Below are positions 15,807 to 23,480 of a stretch of DNA of 33,791 nt, in pieces. This DNA is from a virus. The stretch lies in IMG/VR virus record IMGVR_UViG_3300045988_069152. One strand, 5' to 3'. Every line of letters begins with the position of its first letter. Within the stretch, counting starts at the first letter, position 1. The notes under the pieces are model-generated. The model saw only the letters and a list, made by a program, of their open reading frames with translations. It searched no databases and was not told the DNA's origin. Position numbers and translations under genes: made by a program.

Positions 15807-16125
15807 TTTCTTCCTCGCATTTCCAGTAATATTCATTGATAATCAGCATTTCTTTGGATGCAATCAGCGTTACACCCAACGGGACTGTGAAAAGTGCTAT
15901 GGTTGCATCCCCGTCCAATAATTTGACTGCTACCACGGTAAGGAAAAGCACCGCCACCCCATATAACTTTTGGGTAATGAAATACTTTTTTCTTTCTCGC
16001 TTTTCCCTTAATGCCTTTTTTCTCTTTCTTTCACGCTCTTTGGCATCCATGTAGCCCATGGCATAGGCGTGTTCTATCATTGCCGTACATGCTTCCCGGC
16101 TGACCGTCTGTAATTCTGCTACCAT
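15790..16125 (-). CDS. Hypothetical membrane protein (basic KR-rich linker plus two hydrophobic segments)
   Basis: A 111-aa ORF. The ATG is preceded by the conserved GAAAGCGAGGAACTTAAC initiation region. Confidence 0.5.
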   Translation of the reverse strand: MVAELQTVSREACTAMIEHAYAMGYMDAKERERKRKKALREKRERKKYFITQKLYGVAVLFLTVVAVKLLDGDATIALFTVPLGVTLIASKEMLIINEYYWKCEEENGICN

Positions 16126-16144
16126 GTTAAGTTCCTCGCTTTCC

Positions 16145-16510
16145 TTACTGGCTTACCTTGTACTTATCCACAATATCCACAATCTGGTCCATAATAACTT
16201 CTAATTCTTCAACCCTCATAGCCTTATCATCAATATAGAAGTCTGCATAAATCTTTCTTGTGTCATTTCCCCACATGGCCGTCTGTTCTGGCAATGGTGC
16301 ATTTATGGCATCAAATACAATCCCTTGAGCCTTGCACCATTCCACCGCCGCTTCTAAGTCTTTCCCGGCTCTGCTTGTCCAGAGGATAACTTTATGCCCC
16401 TGGGCTTTTAACAGTTTTACGGCCGCCACAATCTTTGGCTTTGCTTCTATGATTTCCGGGAACCTGGTAATGGCAAGGGTGCCGTCAAAATCTACCGCAT
16501 AAACCGCCAT
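16145..16510 (-). CDS. HAD-superfamily phosphatase-like protein
   Basis: The N-terminal DxDGT motif (AVDFDGTLA), a WTSR motif and a C-terminal YIDDKA match HAD motifs I-III in miniature. Confidence 0.55.
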   Translation of the reverse strand: MAVYAVDFDGTLAITRFPEIIEAKPKIVAAVKLLKAQGHKVILWTSRAGKDLEAAVEWCKAQGIVFDAINAPLPEQTAMWGNDTRKIYADFYIDDKAMRVEELEVIMDQIVDIVDKYKVSQ

Positions 16511-16511
16511 A

Positions 16512-16889
16512 CTATCCCACCTTTCCCGTTTCCATGCCGGAATTATCCATTGCCTGGTGTCCTGCTGCCGCCTGGCTCATTTCATATTTCAGTAACATGG
16601 CCGCCACTTGTACCATTTCACAAGCGGCATCAATAGCCTGGTTGTAAATCGCCGTTGGGCTTGTTTCCTTTTCCAGGAAAGGGGCAATTTCCCGGCCCCG
16701 TACCCGGTTCCATAATACGCCCATGGAAGATTTCACATTGTCCATGGCTTCCTGGGCTTCCTCTACCTCTTCCAACGTCACGGCGTACCCCTCATGGGTG
16801 GAAGCAAATAACGGAAATTTTGCATTTGCCCGGTTTAACTCTGCCAGGGCGGCCGTTTCAACTTCTTTTCTTAATTCAATCATTGCCAT
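16512..16889 (-). CDS. Hypothetical helical protein (125 aa from ATG 16889)
   Basis: Track ORF 16512..16997. ATG 16889 is preceded by GAAAGCGAGGACACAGACC. Confidence 0.5.
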   Translation of the reverse strand: MAMIELRKEVETAALAELNRANAKFPLFASTHEGYAVTLEEVEEAQEAMDNVKSSMGVLWNRVRGREIAPFLEKETSPTAIYNQAIDAACEMVQVAAMLLKYEMSQAAAGHQAMDNSGMETGKVG

Positions 16890-17172
16890 GGTCTGTGTCC
16901 TCGCTTTCCGGGTTCTTCTCCCCTGCTGCCACCCGGTCTTTTTTCTCTGGGGTGTAATTGCTTCCGTCCTCACATTCCTTGCATATGTCGGCATCACATT
17001 TCAGTCCCGTATGGTGGCCGCATGTGTCGCAACTCCAACAATCCACGGCCTGGGTCTTGCTCTCTTTCGGTTCCACTGCTGCCGCCTGGTCTTTCTTACT
17101 TCCAAAATCCATACACACGGTAATAGGCGGCATTTTCGCCATGGCTCCCATAGTCTTTTTCCATTTCTTCAA
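16876..17172 (-). CDS. Hypothetical Cys-rich protein (CWSCDTCGHH...CDADICKEC); start uncertain
   Basis: The longest ORF starts at TTG 17172 and overlaps both neighbours. Internal ATGs at 17151, 17133 and 17112 are more likely starts. Confidence 0.4.
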   Translation of the reverse strand: MKKWKKTMGAMAKMPPITVCMDFGSKKDQAAAVEPKESKTQAVDCWSCDTCGHHTGLKCDADICKECEDGSNYTPEKKDRVAAGEKNPESEDTDHGND

Positions 17173-17572
17173 ACGCCGCTTTTATCTGCTCCCGGTGTTC
17201 TTCCTGGTTTACTTTTATAGTCTGCAATTCCTCAATGCGGTTTTTGGCAAGTGTATCAATAAGGCGGTGTAAGGATGCGGCGGTACTCTCCACGCCGTTT
17301 TCTTTCATCCAGGCTTCAAAAATCGTAACCACTGCCCCGGTAATCTGCTCATATTCTGCATGAAAACCCGTGCTTTCCTCTTCCACATCCAGTGTGTTAA
17401 GAAACTCCGGCTTTTCCCCGGTAATCATTGCCTGGATATAAAAGCCCGGCACGTCTGCTTTTACTGCATTACCAATCAGTTCCGCCTTGGCCGCTTCTCT
17501 CATAAGGTTGTAATATTCCGTGTGCTTCATGTCCACGGTGCCATCACTTGTAAATCCATCCATAAATCCCAT
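17096..17572 (-). CDS. Hypothetical protein, 158 aa
   Basis: ATG with the conserved AGAAAGCGAGGATAAAAGT initiation region. Confidence 0.55.
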   Translation of the reverse strand: MGFMDGFTSDGTVDMKHTEYYNLMREAAKAELIGNAVKADVPGFYIQAMITGEKPEFLNTLDVEEESTGFHAEYEQITGAVVTIFEAWMKENGVESTAASLHRLIDTLAKNRIEELQTIKVNQEEHREQIKAAFEEMEKDYGSHGENAAYYRVYGFWK

Positions 17573-17590
17573 ACTTTTATCCTCGCTTTC

Positions 17591-17899
17591 TTATCTGTAA
17601 ATTGGTGTAGTGAAATGATAAAGCGGTTCTTCCGTTTCCACCGCTTCCCGGTTCTTATAAATCATAAGTGTAAAACGGTCCTGGCCCTCGTCATCCAGTC
17701 CCCGGTGTGCTATTGCTTCAAATCCAAAACGGGCGTTTAATTTTGCCCCCTGCACGGTGGCGGTCAACTTGGCAATCTCACGGCCGCCCAGTGTTACACC
17801 CTCGGCGTGTAACTGCTGCCATTTCTTAAATGTCTTTTTGAGATATTCCAAAAAATCCGGCTCCACAATTCCGTTGGTTGGTGTCACATTCTTTTCCAT
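17591..17899 (-). CDS. Hypothetical protein, 102 aa
   Basis: An ATG-initiated ORF that overlaps the stop of the small upstream ORF. Confidence 0.5.
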   Translation of the reverse strand: MEKNVTPTNGIVEPDFLEYLKKTFKKWQQLHAEGVTLGGREIAKLTATVQGAKLNARFGFEAIAHRGLDDEGQDRFTLMIYKNREAVETEEPLYHFTTPIYR

Positions 17900-18033
17900 C
17901 CTTTTTTCCTCACTTTCCCGGTCCTCTGACCGTTTACCCAGGCACGCCGCCTGGAAATCTTTTTATAATGTGCCAATATGGCTTTTACTTCCGGCATGTC
18001 TAAAACTTTTACTTCCACTTTCAATTCCGCCAT
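17884..18033 (-). CDS. Small basic protein, 49 aa (MAELKVEVKVLDMPEVKAILAHYKKISRRRAWVNGQRTGKVRKKGWKRM)
   Basis: Below the track cutoff. The ATG has the RBS GAAAGGCGG, and it fills an otherwise 147-nt gap. Confidence 0.35.
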   Translation of the reverse strand: MAELKVEVKVLDMPEVKAILAHYKKISRRRAWVNGQRTGKVRKKGWKRM

Positions 18034-18046
18034 AGTCTACCGCCTT

Positions 18047-18856
18047 TCAAATCTTGCCCTGCTGCATCCGCTCATAATAAAACATGTATTGCTGCATAAT
18101 TCCGGCGGTGCCTGGGTACTTATGAACCGGGAAATGTCCGTGGTAATGGTTTTCTTCTATTCTGGAAATCCATGTGTCCCGTGGAAACGCTTCTGTAAAA
18201 TGCAATCCGAAAAGGCAAATGCAATTTGCAACCTTGGGGCCTATTCCTAAAAATCCCGTTAAGGTCTTGTATGCTTCCTCACGGTCTGCGGCCGCTCCAG
18301 CATCTGTCCGGCCCTGGTGGTTCCTTGCCGCTTCAATCAGATATTCCGCCCGGTAATATGCCCCCAGTGCTTCCAATTCCTCTTTGGGTGCATTGGCTAT
18401 TGCTTCCGGGGTTGGAAATGTATAAACCAGGCTTCCGTTATACGGGATGCCCTGGCCGTATACTTGGCAAAGTCTTTCAATGGTTCCTTTTATCCTGGGG
18501 ATGTTATTTCTTTGGCTGATAATGAAAGACGCTATGGTTTCCCACGGGTCCTGCCGTAAAATGCGGATGCCCTGGGCGGTTTGTCCTGCTGCCATTAAAT
18601 ATTCATCCCTTGGGTCAATGCTCTTTATGATTTTTCCGTAATCTTCGGAAAGGTCAAAATACTGTTTCCAGGTATTTGTAAAATCCTCTTCGCTACAATC
18701 CAGGCGGAACGCACCGCCGCCCAACTGTGAAATGGTAACAACCTTGTCTTTATGTATAACCAAATAGGCGTTTTCCCTGGTTCTCTTCCAACGGAAGCAT
18801 TGGCCGGAATTGGCTATTTGGTTAAGGTCAAAATTTTGTATTTCCTTTAAAATCAT
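18047..18856 (-). CDS. ogg: OGG1-type 8-oxoguanine DNA glycosylase/AP lyase-like protein (HhH-GPD superfamily)
   Basis: Blocks align by eye to human OGG1. SGQCFRW matches [42 protein letters not shown] matches [48 protein letters not shown] matches GVGTKVADCICLM and retains the catalytic Lys. FPRDTW matches VPVDVH and retains the Asp. Confidence 0.85.
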   Translation of the reverse strand: [269 protein letters not shown]

Positions 18857-18874
18857 AGTGCCGTCCTTTCCTGC

Positions 18875-19153
18875 CTAAATATAAATGGTGTTGTATAGTG
18901 TCATTTGCAAATCTGAAAAGGAAAATTCCGGCGTTTCTTCCGGCTTCATAGGCGGCATCAATCCCCGTTTTTTCCATTCCTTGTGCCTTATTTCCGGCAC
19001 CGGGCAAAACCGCTTAACCTCTGCATCCATGACCGCTTCCAGTTCTGCATGTTCCATAAGTGCCTTGTAACCCGTGTAAATCTCTTTTCCGTCCTTTACA
19101 ATCCGCAAACGCTCCGATTGTTCAAATACCCCTATAAATTCCCGTAATTTCAT
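18875..19153 (-). CDS. Hypothetical protein, 92 aa
   Basis: An ATG ORF whose stop/start overlaps the flanking genes. Confidence 0.5.
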   Translation of the reverse strand: MKLREFIGVFEQSERLRIVKDGKEIYTGYKALMEHAELEAVMDAEVKRFCPVPEIRHKEWKKRGLMPPMKPEETPEFSFSDLQMTLYNTIYI

Positions 19154-19374
19154 AGTGGCACCCCGTATTTATGGAAAAATACGCACGCACACACAAAGGC
19201 AATAATCATAGCCACACCCAGGATGCCGAAAAATACCCGGCGGCCTTTGGGGCTTTCATTGGCTCCCAGTGAATAAATAATTGCCGTCCCGGCCAGTGCC
19301 AGGTAAAGGATGGTGCCGCCGCCTATGATGATAATCATAAGGGCAATAATTCCTATTACTTCCAAATTTGTCAT
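19150..19374 (-). CDS. Small membrane protein, 74 aa, two predicted TM helices
   Basis: Hydrophobic segments IGIIALMIIIIGGGTILYLALAGTAIIY and VFFGILGVAMIIAFVCACVFF. Confidence 0.55.
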   Translation of the reverse strand: MTNLEVIGIIALMIIIIGGGTILYLALAGTAIIYSLGANESPKGRRVFFGILGVAMIIAFVCACVFFHKYGVPL

Positions 19375-20663
19375 GCTTCGTTTTCCTCGCTTTCTGCTTT
19401 GTTAATGCCTATAAAAACACGTTCCGCACAAGGCACGGCTATGCTATTCCCTAATGCCATGTACCGGGCATTGTCTGACATTTCTTTGCCGCTTGCCCCG
19501 TATCTGGTCCACTCGTCCGGGAAGCCGTCCAGGCGTTCACATTCAAGCGGTGTAAGACGGCGTACACGGTATTTTATTGTCTGTGCTATCTTCTCCGCTA
19601 TTGCTACAAGCATCTGCCCGGAACCAGAAACGCCCCGGCTTTTTGTAAGTGTTCCCACGCCCTCTTTATACTCGGCAAAACCGCTTTGTGCATAGGCTAT
19701 GGCGTGACGGTCTGCCCCGGTTAATGTTGGGGCTATGTCCTGGCCTATCCCTATTTGGTGGCCGCCGTTCTCTGGCTTTCTTCCTATGGTGTTACCTATG
19801 ACTGTATAAACGGGTAAAAGATAAAGTCCCGTCTTTCCACCGCCACCGCCGGCCCGTCCCATAAGGGTAACGCTTTTTGTTGCGTTCATATAAATTCGGT
19901 CCGCTGTCCGTCCAAAGTCAAGCGTCATTTGTCCACTTGCGTCCTCTGCCATTCCTCTGCAATCCGTTCCAGTAACGCCACTTTCAATATAATCGGAATT
20001 TCCTTTTGTCTGCTCTCCGCCCTGCGGATGATACCCCAACACGCTTTCGCACTCAAAAAGTATTTGTCCGGCACGTCCATTTCCAAAATCGCTGACAAGG
20101 TAGATGCGTTTTCTACGTTGGGGTACTCCCCAAAATTGAGCATCCAACAACCGCCATGCGGTGCACTGAACCGCCCCCCCTGCTCTCTCAATTCCAACCA
20201 TTCCGGCGTTTGCCCATTTTCCACTTTTAGGCATTGAAATATTGGTTTCTGTGATTTCTTCCAGGACCCGGCGGAAATCCTCGCCTTCATTACTCGAAAA
20301 AGCCCCGGCCACGTTTTCCCATATAATGTACTTTGGGTATTGTCCATTTGTCTTTTTCCTCATTTCCCTTACTATTCGCACGGCCTCCATAAATAGGCCG
20401 GAACGGGCACCGTCAAGCCCTTTTTGTTCTCCGGCAACGCTCAAATCCTGGCAGGGGCTTCCAAAACTGATAATGTCAACCGCCGGAATATTTCCCCCGT
20501 TAATCTTTGTAATATCTCCCAGGTTTTCTGCATCCGGGAAATGCCGCTTTGCTATGTCTGTGCAATTTGCTTCAATCTCACTTGTCCATATGGTCTTTAT
20601 TCCTTGCCGTTCTGCTGCCAGTGGAAAACCTGCGATACCGTCAAAAAGGCTTCCTAATGTCAT
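19371..20663 (-). CDS. dcm: DNA (cytosine-5)-methyltransferase
   Basis: Motif I is LFDGIAG, motif IV GSPCQDLS, motif VI WENVAG, motif VIII VPQRRKRIY and motif X GNSIAVP. A roughly 200-aa target recognition region lies between motifs VIII and IX. Confidence 0.92.
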   Translation of the reverse strand: MTLGSLFDGIAGFPLAAERQGIKTIWTSEIEANCTDIAKRHFPDAENLGDITKINGGNIPAVDIISFGSPCQDLSVAGEQKGLDGARSGLFMEAVRIVREMRKKTNGQYPKYIIWENVAGAFSSNEGEDFRRVLEEITETNISMPKSGKWANAGMVGIERAGGAVQCTAWRLLDAQFWGVPQRRKRIYLVSDFGNGRAGQILFECESVLGYHPQGGEQTKGNSDYIESGVTGTDCRGMAEDASGQMTLDFGRTADRIYMNATKSVTLMGRAGGGGGKTGLYLLPVYTVIGNTIGRKPENGGHQIGIGQDIAPTLTGADRHAIAYAQSGFAEYKEGVGTLTKSRGVSGSGQMLVAIAEKIAQTIKYRVRRLTPLECERLDGFPDEWTRYGASGKEMSDNARYMALGNSIAVPCAERVFIGINKAESEENEA

Positions 20664-20685
20664 GTGTTAAATTCCTCGCTTCCTC

Positions 20686-20883
20686 TTATTCCTCAATAAA
20701 CACAAGGGCGGAATATTCTACCTCATGGCCCACAATATCTTTGCCCCTCATTTTCGGCACAACTGCCGTTTGGTACTGGGTGCATACTTGTTGAAGAAAT
20801 GGGGCTTTGCTATTTCCAAATTCTGTGTTTATCTTCTCTGCCAGGCCATCCGGCGTGGTATCTTTCAATATTTTTGCTTTCAT
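20686..20883 (-). CDS. Hypothetical small protein, 65 aa
   Basis: An ATG ORF. It overlaps the 3' end of the upstream ORF by 74 nt in another frame. Confidence 0.45.
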   Translation of the reverse strand: MKAKILKDTTPDGLAEKINTEFGNSKAPFLQQVCTQYQTAVVPKMRGKDIVGHEVEYSALVFIEE

Positions 20884-21229
20884 ATTCTTTCATGTACTCC
20901 CATAACTGCTGCCGTGACGTTGCCACTTTCCTTGTGGGTACTCCTGCGGCATCCAACTTTTCTTTAATTTTCAATAACTCTTCCCGGTAAAACGCTCCCT
21001 TGTGGCTGCCGGGTCTTGTGGTGTAGTCCAACGGCCGTGCATCCACCGCCAACAATTCCCGTAATATCTCCGCCGTTGTGGCTCCGTACTGCCGAAATAC
21101 GCCCGTGGCAATAAATGTTTTCTGCCACACAAACAATTTGAAGCCCAGGGCTTTTTCCACTTCTGCCAGGATGCTTTCTAAATCCGGCTCATTTATAGGT
21201 CTGTAAATCCAATCCATATTCTTGTCCAT
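20810..21229 (-). CDS. Hypothetical protein, 139 aa
   Basis: The ATG is preceded by CAGAAAGCGAGGAACCAGGC. Confidence 0.5.
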   Translation of the reverse strand: MDKNMDWIYRPINEPDLESILAEVEKALGFKLFVWQKTFIATGVFRQYGATTAEILRELLAVDARPLDYTTRPGSHKGAFYREELLKIKEKLDAAGVPTRKVATSRQQLWEYMKEYESKNIERYHAGWPGREDKHRIWK

Positions 21230-21267
21230 GCCTGGTTCCTCGCTTTCTGTCCTGCTACCGCCTGGGC

Positions 21268-21450
21268 TTATAATGTCCTCTGTGCCACCTCTGCCCGGTA
21301 AGGTTCTCCACCTCGTTTCAATTCATGGTAAATGGTTGCCCGGTGTACTCCTACCGCCTGGGCAATCTCCGTAACCTTTACCCCGGAATTTTTCATGGCT
21401 TCAATACGTTTTCTGTCCGCAAAGTCCAATCTTTTCCTTTCTTTTCTCAT
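21268..21450 (-). CDS. Stand-alone HTH protein paralogous to the N-terminal HTH of the adjacent IS30 transposase (60 aa from ATG 21450)
   Basis: ADRKRIEAMKNSGVKVTEIAQAVGVHRATIYHELKRGGE aligns with the transposase segment SDRIKMETMLNSGHKVIEIAEYLHVHRSTIYREMKRGEY, with over half the residues identical. The RBS is AAGGTGGA. Confidence 0.6.
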   Translation of the reverse strand: MRKERKRLDFADRKRIEAMKNSGVKVTEIAQAVGVHRATIYHELKRGGEPYRAEVAQRTL

Positions 21451-21481
21451 GTTTCCACCTTTCTTTCTGTTTTTCTGTAAA

Positions 21482-21525
21482 TAAAAAAAGAGTGCCACAA
21501 GAGTTTATTTCTCTTGTAACACTCT
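21482..21525 (-). terminator. Intrinsic terminator (hairpin 21489..21525, then T7 on the minus strand); also usable on the plus strand
   Basis: AGAGTG-cc-ACAAGAG / CTCTTGT-aa-CACTCT with a 7-nt loop. It is flanked by A7 on the left and GATTTTT on the right. Confidence 0.6.
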
Positions 21526-21536
21526 GATTTTTCCAA

Positions 21537-21584
21537 TAAAAAATCAAATGCGATAGAGTTATTAACCCTTGTCGCATTTGATTT
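21537..21584 (-). terminator. Second hairpin/terminator: perfect 13-bp inverted repeat AAATCAAATGCGA / TCGCATTTGATTT, 18-nt loop, T-rich tail on the minus strand
   Basis: The stem occupies 21541..21553 and 21572..21584. The minus strand continues TTTTATTGG. It lies 56 nt after the transposase stop. Confidence 0.45.
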
Positions 21585-21639
21585 TACAACTTACCTTTAT
21601 ATTTTGTCAATAGTTTTGCGACAAGTTTTGAAAAAGTTT

Positions 21640-22674
21640 TTATGCCAGTCTCTTAACCTCTTCATCAAAGAGTTGGGCGGAAGTCCTAAAACTAAATATT
21701 CCCCTGGGATAGTTGTTAATCCAGTTTTCTATATATTCAATGTCCTTGTCCTGCTTTTCGTCAAAATCTTCCCCTTTGGGAATATGGCGGCGGATAAGGC
21801 GGTTTGTATTCTCATTGGTTCCACGTTCCCAACTACTGTACGGATGGCAATAAAATAGGTAGGTTCTTTTTTCTCCCTCTCTAACGGCTGACCGCTCCAT
21901 GTCCTCATAGGCTGAAAACTCAACGCCATTGTCTACGGTAATGCTTCGGAATATCTTATAGAACATATCGCCCCATTTTCTTTCTAAACGGTCCAGGGCA
22001 TCCACCACGCTTTCCGCCCTTTGGTCTGCCAATTTAAAAATTATCTCATTCCTGGTTTTGCGTTCCGTTAATACAAGCAAACATGACTTTGTGGTGCCAC
22101 GCTTACCCTTTACCGTGTCCATTTCCCAATGGCCGAATATTTCCCGGTTATCCACTTCGTCCGGGCGGTTCTCTATGCTTTCCCCTATGGATGCCCTCTT
22201 TTGCACTTTCACTTTCTTATTGTGGTTTTTCCGTTTTCCTTTCACTGGCAAATCCTTATTGGTTAATTTAAGGAAAATACCATTATCAATATATCTGTAT
22301 AGGGTTCTTACGCTTATGGTTGTACTAAATTCAATGCCGCTTTCTGCTACTGCTATCAATGTGGCTTCCGGGCTATACTTATCATTCACAATTTTATCTT
22401 CTATGTATTCCGCAAGCGGTAAATCATTTCCAATTTTAATGTTCCGGCCCTTTCCTTGGGCGTTCCAATCATGGTTCTTTTGCCCCAAATCGCTGCTATA
22501 CCTTAATTCCTCGGTGTAATCGCTATTTCTATGGGTATACTCTCCCCGTTTCATTTCTCGGTAAATTGTGCTTCTATGCACATGCAAGTATTCCGCTATT
22601 TCTATAACCTTATGCCCGGAATTAAGCATAGTTTCCATCTTTATTCTATCGCTTTGGCTCAAATGTTTTCCCAT
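21640..22674 (-). CDS. IS30-family DDE transposase
   Basis: An N-terminal HTH plus a DDE region (GHWEMDTV, ITVDNGVEF, WERGTNENTNRLIRR). ATG 22674 has the RBS GGGGGGA; the track ORF extends to 22728. Confidence 0.9.
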   Translation of the reverse strand: MGKHLSQSDRIKMETMLNSGHKVIEIAEYLHVHRSTIYREMKRGEYTHRNSDYTEELRYSSDLGQKNHDWNAQGKGRNIKIGNDLPLAEYIEDKIVNDKYSPEATLIAVAESGIEFSTTISVRTLYRYIDNGIFLKLTNKDLPVKGKRKNHNKKVKVQKRASIGESIENRPDEVDNREIFGHWEMDTVKGKRGTTKSCLLVLTERKTRNEIIFKLADQRAESVVDALDRLERKWGDMFYKIFRSITVDNGVEFSAYEDMERSAVREGEKRTYLFYCHPYSSWERGTNENTNRLIRRHIPKGEDFDEKQDKDIEYIENWINNYPRGIFSFRTSAQLFDEEVKRLA

Positions 22675-22701
22675 GAAATCGTCCCCCCGTGGGTTGAAAA
22701 G

Positions 22702-22721
22702 GGCACGGAAACATCCGTGCC
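22702..22721 (-). terminator. Hairpin GGCACGGA-tgtt-TCCGTGCC followed by CTTTTC on the minus strand (weak terminator or insulator ahead of the transposase gene)
   Basis: A perfect 8-bp stem with a 4-nt loop, between the 171-aa gene and the transposase RBS. Confidence 0.35.
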
Positions 22722-22754
22722 GCTCCAATCATCCCTTTATCTGTTTTTAGGTTG

Positions 22755-23270
22755 TTACTGTTCTTCTTTAATCTCTTCCCGGTAAGTGATTTCAATGGTA
22801 ATGCTAAAAGCATCTTCTAATTCATCAACTATGTAACTGTCATTCACATTTTTAAGTATTTTATAATTTCCGCCGGAAACTTCCGCATCAATCCTTTGGA
22901 TGGTTCCACTTTCAAGCAATTTCTTAACTTTGGCCCTGCTGCCTTTCTTTATATCGCCAATATAGGTGTCAGACACAAATACTTGTATCTCGCCACCCCC
23001 CCCTATACAACATTTAGCGGTGGCATTTAATTCGTATTCATAAATTTTTTCATCATCCCGGACATCCTCAATAAGTGCCTTTTTAGAAAGTTTATAGTCC
23101 TCGTTTTTCTCCACAAGTTCCATAATATCTTTCATATGGGCTTCTATGTTGTCCAGTTTATGGCGTTGGGTTTTAATCACGCCTTTTGTTTTAGGTGCTT
23201 CCGGCTCTGCCTGGGGCACTGGTGTTGGTGTTTCCTGCTTCTTTGAAAATAAATTACTAAAAAGTCCCAT
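22755..23270 (-). CDS. Hypothetical protein, 171 aa (accessory or moron-like; first gene behind a consensus promoter)
   Basis: The ATG has the GAAAGCGAGGAACTTAAC initiation region. The N-terminus is an amphipathic MGLFSNLFSKK followed by a Pro-rich linker. I recognise no family. Confidence 0.55.
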   Translation of the reverse strand: MGLFSNLFSKKQETPTPVPQAEPEAPKTKGVIKTQRHKLDNIEAHMKDIMELVEKNEDYKLSKKALIEDVRDDEKIYEYELNATAKCCIGGGGEIQVFVSDTYIGDIKKGSRAKVKKLLESGTIQRIDAEVSGGNYKILKNVNDSYIVDELEDAFSITIEITYREEIKEEQ

Positions 23271-23313
23271 GTTAAGTTCCTCGCTTTCGTGTGTTGTGGT
23301 TCCCCTCTTTCTG

Positions 23314-23342
23314 ATTATACATTTTATTATATATCATTGCAA
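23314..23342 (-). promoter_or_regulatory. SigA-type promoter TTGCAA-17-TATAAT
   Basis: The minus strand reads GGTTGCAATGATATATAATAAAATGTATAATCAG. The -10 is at 23314..23319 and the -35 at 23337..23342, about 45 nt upstream of the 171-aa gene. Confidence 0.6.
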
Positions 23343-23452
23343 CCGTTTGGGCGTTGTGGGGTCCGGGTTCCCAGTCTTGTTTGGTTTTGGGCAGTTACCC
23401 ACCGCCCAGGCGTGCCACCGTTTTCCCCGTCCTGCTGCACGCCGCCCGGTTC

Positions 23453-23480
23453 ACATTAAACCGCTGCACAAACTTGTCAA
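23453..23480 (-). promoter_or_regulatory. Second upstream promoter candidate TTGACA-16-TAATGT
   Basis: The minus strand reads TTTGACAAGTTTGTGCAGCGGTTTAATGTG. Confidence 0.35.

Larger units (their letters stand above)
21600..22754 (-). mobile_element. IS30-family insertion sequence, approximate span only (terminal inverted repeats not identified)
   Basis: The transposase gene fills the gap between the 171-aa gene stop (22755) and the terminators/HTH gene. I could not find convincing terminal IRs or a target duplication by eye. Confidence 0.3.

Noticed and set aside
20810-20883. The 74-nt overlap between ORFs 20810..21229 and 20686..20883 considered as a possible programmed frameshift
   Set aside because: I found no slippery heptamer at the overlap. 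The downstream ORF has its own ATG with a GGGAG upstream. Ordinary overlapping genes or a mis-called end is the simpler explanation, although a homopolymer error cannot be excluded.
21541-21584. The 13-bp perfect inverted repeat considered as the IS30 terminal inverted repeats
   Set aside because: Both arms lie on the same side of the transposase gene, 18 nt apart, and no matching arm exists near 22730..22760. It behaves as a stem-loop terminator, not as paired element ends.
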